Shown here: positions 57,481 through 64,000 of the stretch, piece after piece
Layout of the letters: the number at the start of each line of letters is the position of its first letter
Numbering within the stretch: the first letter of the stretch is position 1
Origin: a candidate division FCPU426 bacterium
Lineage (GTDB): Bacteria > Oederibacteriota > Muellerivitia > Muellerivitales > Muellerivitaceae
Reading direction: 5' to 3'
NCBI GenBank assembly: GCA_963796105.1
Contig: CAWCKJ010000004.1
Location: 1,312,001 to 1,376,000, forward strand
DNA length: 64,000 bases
Translations under genes and position numbers: made by a program
The notes under the pieces: model-generated
The model's database searches: none
Told to the model about the DNA's origin: nothing
What the model saw: only the letters and a program-made list of their open reading frames with translations

Positions 57481-59670
57481 TTGGAAGCCTTGGAATTATG
57501 GTTGATGGCTTCAGAACACCCGAAGCAACGTAAAAGGAAAATACTTTTGGAATTTCGAGCTTCCTATCGTCCCTGGATCTATTTCATCCTTTGGGCCTCG
57601 GTCAGCTTTCTCCTCTCATATTCGTCTCTTTCCCTGGGTATTAAACTTGCGCTGGGATTGTTTGGGATTATTCTTCCGCTATTAATAGCCCTGGTTGCCG
57701 TTCACGCCTTGGATAAACCCGAGCATCCTCTTTGGGAGATTGAAACCCTCAACCGTCCCGCCTCTTGGGTATTCGTGTTAATCCTGTTAGGGGCATTGGT
57801 TTTGAGATTCAGCGGTTTAACCGCCTGGCCGGTTTGGCCAAATACGGATGAGGGATTGATCGGCCGGTTTGCGATGGATCTATGCCGGCAATGGAACTGG
57901 AAGTTTTTTTTAACCTTCGGACAAGTGCCTCCCGGAATGGATTGGCTGCTTTCTTGGGTTCTTGCTCATTCTTCGGAACCGCTCAGGGCTCTTTGGGCCT
58001 TACCGGCCGTCCTCTCCTCTCTGACCGTTATTTTAAGTTACTGGGCGGCAAGAGCCTTCTTCCCAAAATCCTTGTCGTTCCTGTTTTTTGTTTTATGGTC
58101 CTTTTCATTTTGGCCACTTTTTTACGGACGGTATTGCCACCCTGGAGTCTTGCTTCCTCTTTGGGCCTTATTAGTCTTAATGGTCCTGGGCTTTTTCCTT
58201 AAATCGAAAAAGCCCGCGCAACAATTTTGGCTAGCTTTCGGCCTTGGGATAGTTACTGGAATCGGTTCCTTCACCTTTACACCCTGGGTGGTTTTAGCGT
58301 TTTGGATTTTCTGGGTGGTGGCCATAACCGCTTATTTCAGTTCCCCCGAAAAACGAAGTGGGTTATGGGGATTTCTATCATCTCTGGGAATAGGCCTCGT
58401 CCCTTTTATCATCGCGGTTTTCAAAGAAGGCTTTGGGCACCACCTTTTCGCAGTTTCCGCCATTCGTGGTTACAGGCCCCTAGGGGAACAGTTGACAGCC
58501 GTTTTTTCCTATCTCACAGCCCCTTTCTGGGGGCTGTTTGAAGACCAGCCCGCATATGCTCCTTTTTGGGGAGGCATGTTGAATCCCATTCTGACCGCGG
58601 CTTTCCTGGTTGGAATGGTTGAATCTTATCGCCACCGGAAGGATTCAAAAGTCTTTTTGGTTTGGTGTGGAGGATTTTTATGCTTCCTTCCGGGGCTTAT
58701 GTCCATGAACGTTGAAATGTATCGTGTCATTTTGTTTCTTCCATTTCTTCTTTTAGGCGCGGCAATTGGTCTGCACCGTCTTCTATTTGAGATTTCCCCA
58801 ATCCGCAGGTCCATTTATCTGACGATTATTCTCCTACTCTCGCTGTTTTTGGATCTCGCCCATTTGGCTCAACCATATTTTTCTCCCTTATTCTCCAAAC
58901 AAGGGGCTTTTTTTGGGGCGCCGCCATCGAAACCTGTCCATTCTTACAGGGCCTATCAAATCCTGAAAAAGCAGGCGAGTTTAGGGCCGGGGCTTTTCTT
59001 TTCGGATTTCGGGACTCTTCCGAATGATCAAACCCTCAATTATGCCTCGTTCGAATTTAATGCCCTCCTGAATCCGAGAATACCTCTTCCATCAGCCCGT
59101 TGGGCGGCTGTTTTGATCAATGCGAACTACAGGCCTTACATGGAAAAAAAATTTCCCGGCGGACAATGGATTCTCCTCGATCAGGATATGGGAGTGCCGG
59201 ATGGAGGATTGATGCTGGGCGTCATTCCCATAACCCGGCAGAATATCGGGGTCCTTCAAAACTGGGTTCGAGTTTATCCCTTTTTTCGTGACATGGATTT
59301 TGAATGGCTGAACCTAGCCGACTTCATGAAGGGAACCCGTCTTCTGGAAGAATTTTCCAAAGTAAAACCCCTGATAACGGGAGATAGGTTTCTGGAGAGT
59401 TGCTATTGGGAGAAAACTGGTGAAATCCTTTACAGGGATAGGGCTTATCCCCTCGACTTGCAAGCTTTTCAAAAAGCCCTCCAGGAGGGGTTTCCCACCG
59501 CTCATTTGTACTACAAAATAGGAAGCATCCAGCTTCGGAAAAACCAATTCGATCAGGCCAGGGAAAGTTTCCATAAGGCCGAGATGGCTCCTTTGAACCT
59601 GACCCAGTCTGTGAAGGCTCTTCAGATGGGGGATGAATTGGAAAAACAGGGCGTGTTGCCTCAGCCCTGA
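57481..59670 (+). CDS. GT-C (family 39-like) glycosyltransferase with C-terminal TPR
   Basis: LRF..L.....TDEG luminal motif, many TM helices, TPR-like tail. Confidence 0.7.
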   Translation: MEALELWLMASEHPKQRKRKILLEFRASYRPWIYFILWASVSFLLSYSSLSLGIKLALGLFGIILPLLIALVAVHALDKPEHPLWEIETLNRPASWVFVLILLGALVLRFSGLTAWPVWPNTDEGLIGRFAMDLCRQWNWKFFLTFGQVPPGMDWLLSWVLAHSSEPLRALWALPAVLSSLTVILSYWAARAFFPKSLSFLFFVLWSFSFWPLFYGRYCHPGVLLPLWALLVLMVLGFFLKSKKPAQQFWLAFGLGIVTGIGSFTFTPWVVLAFWIFWVVAITAYFSSPEKRSGLWGFLSSLGIGLVPFIIAVFKEGFGHHLFAVSAIRGYRPLGEQLTAVFSYLTAPFWGLFEDQPAYAPFWGGMLNPILTAAFLVGMVESYRHRKDSKVFLVWCGGFLCFLPGLMSMNVEMYRVILFLPFLLLGAAIGLHRLLFEISPIRRSIYLTIILLLSLFLDLAHLAQPYFSPLFSKQGAFFGAPPSKPVHSYRAYQILKKQASLGPGLFFSDFGTLPNDQTLNYASFEFNALLNPRIPLPSARWAAVLINANYRPYMEKKFPGGQWILLDQDMGVPDGGLMLGVIPITRQNIGVLQNWVRVYPFFRDMDFEWLNLADFMKGTRLLEEFSKVKPLITGDRFLESCYWEKTGEILYRDRAYPLDLQAFQKALQEGFPTAHLYYKIGSIQLRKNQFDQARESFHKAEMAPLNLTQSVKALQMGDELEKQGVLPQP

Positions 59671-59692
59671 GCAAGGAACCAAGGAGGTATTT

Positions 59693-60223
59693 TTGATAAT
59701 CAGGCCCGGTACCCTGGCGGATGTTCCCGAGATTTCAAGGGTTTACGCCGAATCCTGGAAGACGACCTATGAGGGGGTCATGCCGGAGCCTTTCGTTAAG
59801 GGAATGACCCCGGAAGCCGCCGGGAAGATTTTCCACGACAGCCTTCAGCCCAATGAATACAGTTATTTTTTCCACGTGGCCGAAGGACCCGATGGGAAAC
59901 TGGCTGGATTCGCGGACGGGGGGAAGGAACGCAGCCATCCGGAAAGGGGAATCGGGGAGCTTTATGCCGTTTACCTGCTCCAGCAATTCCAGAGGCGGGG
60001 TGTCGGGAAAAATTTCTTCCAAGCCTCGGTCCGGAGCCTCTTGGATTCCGGCATGAATCAAATGGTCACTTGGGTCGTGGAGAAAAGCCCTTATCGGAAG
60101 TTTTATGAATCACTAGGAGGGACACTGGAACCAGGGATTAAAAAATTAGAATTCGGCGGTTTCCAAATCCACTTGGTTTCTTACGGATGGGACAACCTTG
60201 AGGGGCTGATCGAGGATCGTTGA
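59693..60223 (+). CDS. GNAT acetyltransferase
   Basis: AAGGAGG RBS with TTG start; QRRGVG, FYESLGG. Confidence 0.9.
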   Translation: MIIRPGTLADVPEISRVYAESWKTTYEGVMPEPFVKGMTPEAAGKIFHDSLQPNEYSYFFHVAEGPDGKLAGFADGGKERSHPERGIGELYAVYLLQQFQRRGVGKNFFQASVRSLLDSGMNQMVTWVVEKSPYRKFYESLGGTLEPGIKKLEFGGFQIHLVSYGWDNLEGLIEDR

Positions 60224-60232
60224 CCCGATTTT

Positions 60233-60877
60233 TCAAGCGCGGCTGGGTTTTCCGGAATATACAAAGGGAAATAACGCCAACCCCGTTAGGAATCCTCCAA
60301 CGTGGGCCCAAAAAGCCACTCCCCCCATGTCAGGACTCGAAAGGCTCGCCATGAAATACTGCTCCAGAAACCAGAAACCCACCACGAAAACAGCCCTCGC
60401 GGGAATGGAAAAGATCGGGAAAATCAGGAAGAAAAACTGGAGCCTCATCTTTTGCCAGGGGAACATCAGCATATAAAGCGCGCAGATTCCCGAGATGGCC
60501 CCGGAAGCTCCGATCATGGGCAGGGTGGAATGGGGGTCAGTGGAATATTGAAGATAGGCCGCTCCCAGGCCGCAAAGGAAGTAACTCAAGGGATAAACCG
60601 ATTTTCCCAGGCGGTCTTCCACGTTATTGCCGAATACGTAGAGAAAGTACATGTTGCCCAGCAGATGACCCAAACCCGCGTGAAGAAACATGGAGGAGAA
60701 AACGTTTTGCAAATGAGGGTGCGCTGGGATGAATCCGTTATGCGAAACCAGGCGTTGGAAATGAGGGCCAAAGAACGTATTGAAAAAAACATAGATGTTG
60801 GTAGTGATCAGAATGATGTTCATGAGGGGGAATCGTTTAGCGGGTTTCCCCTCATCTATCGGCAAAACAAAAAACAT
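60233..60877 (-). CDS. Rhomboid intramembrane serine protease
   Basis: MFLH...HL.GNM, GASG, AHVGG. Confidence 0.95.
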   Translation of the reverse strand: MFFVLPIDEGKPAKRFPLMNIILITTNIYVFFNTFFGPHFQRLVSHNGFIPAHPHLQNVFSSMFLHAGLGHLLGNMYFLYVFGNNVEDRLGKSVYPLSYFLCGLGAAYLQYSTDPHSTLPMIGASGAISGICALYMLMFPWQKMRLQFFFLIFPIFSIPARAVFVVGFWFLEQYFMASLSSPDMGGVAFWAHVGGFLTGLALFPFVYSGKPSRA

Positions 60878-60918
60878 AGAACCTCTTTAAAGAAAGGAAA
60901 AATGAGATTAAGCCAAGC

Positions 60919-62067
60919 TTAATTTAATAGAGTCGAAGCTTTCGCCGCAAGAGGAGTATCGGCTGCGGGAGTAACAGGATTGGGTTCCCGGTCTGGAATT
61001 TTCCAAACCCCCGCGATGGGAGTGGAACACCAGGGGCAAAGGCCCTCCGGGCCCATCTTGTTTTCCAGGACGTCAAATCCAAAGCGCTCCACCAGGAGTT
61101 CCCCGCAATTGGGGCAATAGGTATTCTCCGTGGCGCCCACCTCGCCCGGCCGGTTGCCCGAGTAGACATAATTCAATCCGGCTTTTTCCCCGATCTCATG
61201 GGCTAAATTCAATTGGGCCGGCTGGGTCCACGGCAGGTCCTCCATGCGATAATCGGGATGGAAAGCGGTCACATGCCAGGGGATATCCCTTGATACGGAG
61301 GCGATGAAACGAGCGATCTCCCTCAGCTCTTTCTCGCTGTCATTCAGTCCAGGAACCACCAGGGTGACGATCTCCACCCAGAAACCCATGGCTTTCGCCC
61401 GCTCGATGGTTTCCAGCACCGGTAATAAGGGGCCACCCATGTGTTTGCGGTAGGTCTTATCGCTCATGCTTTTCAGGTCCACCTTGTACAGGTCCAGGGA
61501 AGGCCGAAGGAATTCCAGCGCCTCCCGGGTGGCGTTTCCGTTGGAGACAAAAGAGGTCAAGAGCCCATTGGAACGTGCCAATTGGAAGACTTCCCCTGCC
61601 CATTCGCCGGTAATGAGGGGCTCATTGTAAGTGGAGGTAATGACGCGGCATTCATGGCGTAGCGCGGCCTCCGCCAGTTCCGCGGCGGTTTGGACCCTCA
61701 TGAAATCACCCGATGTCTCGCAAGCGGGGTCCCGCAAGGCCTGGCTGGTGATCCAGTTCTGGCAATAGTCGCAATGATAATCACAGCCCAGCATTCCGAA
61801 GGAAAAGGCCCGGCTTCCGGGAAGAACGTGAAAAAATGGTTTTTTCTCGATAGGGTCAATCTGAAGGCCCGAGACGTAGTTGCGGGGAACACGGAGAATG
61901 CCCTGTTCATTGAAACGAACCTTGCAGATTCCCTGTTTACCCGGGGAAATTTTGCAATGGTGGCCGCAGGCAAAGCAATGGACCCGGTTGTCCGAAAGCT
62001 TTTCATAAAGTTTGCCCTCAACACTTTTGCCGGAGAGCAATTGTTCTAAAGTTTGGCTTTTATCCAT
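60919..62067 (-). CDS. amrS: AmmeMemoRadiSam system radical SAM enzyme
   Basis: DPIEKKP, CxxxCxxCQNW, TYNEP, WHVTAFHP. Confidence 0.93.
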   Translation of the reverse strand: MDKSQTLEQLLSGKSVEGKLYEKLSDNRVHCFACGHHCKISPGKQGICKVRFNEQGILRVPRNYVSGLQIDPIEKKPFFHVLPGSRAFSFGMLGCDYHCDYCQNWITSQALRDPACETSGDFMRVQTAAELAEAALRHECRVITSTYNEPLITGEWAGEVFQLARSNGLLTSFVSNGNATREALEFLRPSLDLYKVDLKSMSDKTYRKHMGGPLLPVLETIERAKAMGFWVEIVTLVVPGLNDSEKELREIARFIASVSRDIPWHVTAFHPDYRMEDLPWTQPAQLNLAHEIGEKAGLNYVYSGNRPGEVGATENTYCPNCGELLVERFGFDVLENKMGPEGLCPWCSTPIAGVWKIPDREPNPVTPAADTPLAAKASTLLN

Positions 62068-62244
62068 GGAGGCCTCCCGGGTATTTTAAGGTCCCATAAG
62101 GCCAAAGAACAGGCGGCATTCCCGGAAAATCATGAGCTTTTGCGGTTTGAGGGCTTGGGCTATTCTGGAAAAATGAAGTAAAATGATGGCGCGTTTCATG
62201 AAAGAATGGCTTTTGATTAGCGGCTAAAATTTTTTGAGGAAGAC

Positions 62245-63651
62245 ATGCCTGAAAATAAAAAGACCAAAAAAAATGGAAAAAAAGATAAATCCAAATCTTT
62301 AAACAGGTTGCCGAGAGCCCTGGAACTCATCGAATCCCTGGTCCTGCTTGAAGATGTTTTTAGGGATGAGGTGGGCAGAAGGTTCAAGCGCCTATTAAGG
62401 TGGCTCTCGGGAAAGAGGGAATCCGACCCTGTCATGGGATATCGGCGCTATACAAAACTTTGGAAAGCGGTTGCCGAAAATCAGGAATTCATTCGTCACC
62501 CGCGCGTGGGAAATCTCCTTCAAGACCATTGGCTGGAGAGATTTTTGGACGATCCTAATCCGTTCCACCGAAAAGCGGAAACGGCTTCCCTTCATGAAAT
62601 AGGTTCCTCACTTACGGAAGCCTACCGAGGGGAATTGGAATTCTTTCAGAAAATTTTGCGGACTGATTGGGAAAGCGAATTTCGAAAAAAATGGGAATCT
62701 GCGGGGATAGGTGAAATTCCCTCAATGACAGTGAGGCAAAAGAAGATGCCGGATAAGGAGATTTCCTTGGCCGGTCAGGCGCGAAAAAAAATCAAAGAAA
62801 GCATCCTCGGGGAAGGTTCCAAGGCCGATCAACTTTTAAAGGAAATAGCGGGTTGTTTCCTAGAGAATGGATGGGGGCTTTTCGGGCGTTACCGCGCCTT
62901 CCGCTGGGAAGACCGATTCGGGACTGGGGGAAAATTGACAGGTATCGAGGATGTGGATCCCATCCGTCTTGAGAATCTTGTGGGTTATGACGATCAACGC
63001 AAACCCCTCATCGACAATATCGAGGCTTTCGTGTCGGGCAAAACCGCCAACAACACCCTTCTTTACGGGGAAAGAGGGACGGGAAAGTCCTCCACAGTCA
63101 AGGCTCTCCTGAACTCCTACCAGGACAGGGGATTAAGGCTGGTGGAAGTTTCGCCCTCGGAATTGCGAGAATTCCATGACATCCTCCCCTATTTAAGAGG
63201 CCGGCGTGAAAAATTCATCCTCTTCGTGGACGACCTTTCCTTCGAAGAAAACGAGACGTCCTACAAGGGCCTGAAGGCGGTACTGGAAGGGGCGGTAGAA
63301 GCCACTCCTCCCAACGTGATCTTGATCGCCACCTCCAACCGCAGGCATCTCGTGCGGGAGTTTTTCGAGGACCGATCCGGAGGCGTCCAGAAAGACAGCG
63401 AAATCCATGGGGCGGATACCGTGGAGGAAAAACTCTCCCTTTCCGACCGCTTCGGGCTGGTGGTTTCCTTTTATTCCCCCGACCAGTCCACTTATCTTCG
63501 GATGGTAGAAAATTGGGCGAGCGTGGATGGCCTTCGTATTCCAAGCGGGGAACTGCATTCCCGGGCTCTTCTTTGGGCCAGACAGAACAACGGGCTATCG
63601 GGTCGAACCGCCAGGCAGTTCATTAACGACTTGAGCGGAAAATTAAAATAA
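62245..63651 (+). CDS. DUF815 AAA+ ATPase
   Basis: GERGTGKSS, DDLSFE, ATSNRRHL, EEKLSLSDRFG, SGRTARQF. Confidence 0.93.
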   Translation: MPENKKTKKNGKKDKSKSLNRLPRALELIESLVLLEDVFRDEVGRRFKRLLRWLSGKRESDPVMGYRRYTKLWKAVAENQEFIRHPRVGNLLQDHWLERFLDDPNPFHRKAETASLHEIGSSLTEAYRGELEFFQKILRTDWESEFRKKWESAGIGEIPSMTVRQKKMPDKEISLAGQARKKIKESILGEGSKADQLLKEIAGCFLENGWGLFGRYRAFRWEDRFGTGGKLTGIEDVDPIRLENLVGYDDQRKPLIDNIEAFVSGKTANNTLLYGERGTGKSSTVKALLNSYQDRGLRLVEVSPSELREFHDILPYLRGRREKFILFVDDLSFEENETSYKGLKAVLEGAVEATPPNVILIATSNRRHLVREFFEDRSGGVQKDSEIHGADTVEEKLSLSDRFGLVVSFYSPDQSTYLRMVENWASVDGLRIPSGELHSRALLWARQNNGLSGRTARQFINDLSGKLK

Positions 63652-63769
63652 GGATCTCCTGCTTGGGAAACCATCGAGACGATAAATGAGTTTTAAAAAA
63701 CTGTTCTGGATTGGTTATCATGGGTTCTTGTTATTTCGGCTGATTGACCGTATTCCATAGGGGGTTTCA

Positions 63770-64000
63770 GTGCCTGTTGACCTTTCCGTTTTCCACAAAG
63801 CCGCGCCTTACCGGAGTTTCAGGGCTGAGGATTGGAATATTCTTTCCGAGATTTTGAAAGAGGTGCGTTATGAGGCGGGAAAAACCCTTTTCAAGGAGAA
63901 CGATCCAGGAGAGGGTTTGTACCTGGTCCGTTCCGGGCGCGTTCTCATTCGGCGGCGATTCATCCCGGAAGGAGTGAGAACAGCCCAGGAGCAGGTCCTG
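63770..64000 (+). CDS. Cyclic nucleotide-binding domain protein (3' partial)
   Basis: Translates to ..YEAGKTLFKENDPGEGLYLVRSGRV.. Confidence 0.8.
   Translation, partial: MPVDLSVFHKAAPYRSFRAEDWNILSEILKEVRYEAGKTLFKENDPGEGLYLVRSGRVLIRRRFIPEGVRTAQEQVL

Overview
Bacterial chromosomal window, probably from a diderm candidate-phylum organism. The Thr-Pro-linker NHL proteins with an FlgD/T9SS-like C-terminal domain recall FCPU426-like lineages; this is inference only. The right half (~29-64 kb) is mostly housekeeping and envelope genes: dCMP deaminase, serS, ald, beta-carbonic anhydrase, beta-barrel + NHL lipoprotein modules, two GT-C glycosyltransferases, livG/livF, M32 peptidase, thrH, sua5, amrS and a DUF815 ATPase. 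The left half (~6.5-29 kb) is an accessory region with three unusual layers. (1) A ~1.5 kb non-coding patchwork of six different tandem-repeat families, five of them phased at ~21 or ~42 bp. It is punctuated by a recurring GAGGATAAACCGCCCACATTTCC motif, interrupted by an intact IS3 element, and lies next to a degenerate ParB-like gene. (2) RAYT-like Y1 HUH transposases with 27-bp terminal inverted repeats (GGGGTCAGG...CCTGACCCC). Their isolated ends sit at the junctions of a TA module, truncated genes (NHL, RHS, cas1) and a co-oriented lipoprotein array. (3) A ~77-bp double-hairpin repeat, conserved in structure but variable in sequence, found six times at gene boundaries. No rRNA, intact tRNA or CRISPR array was seen.
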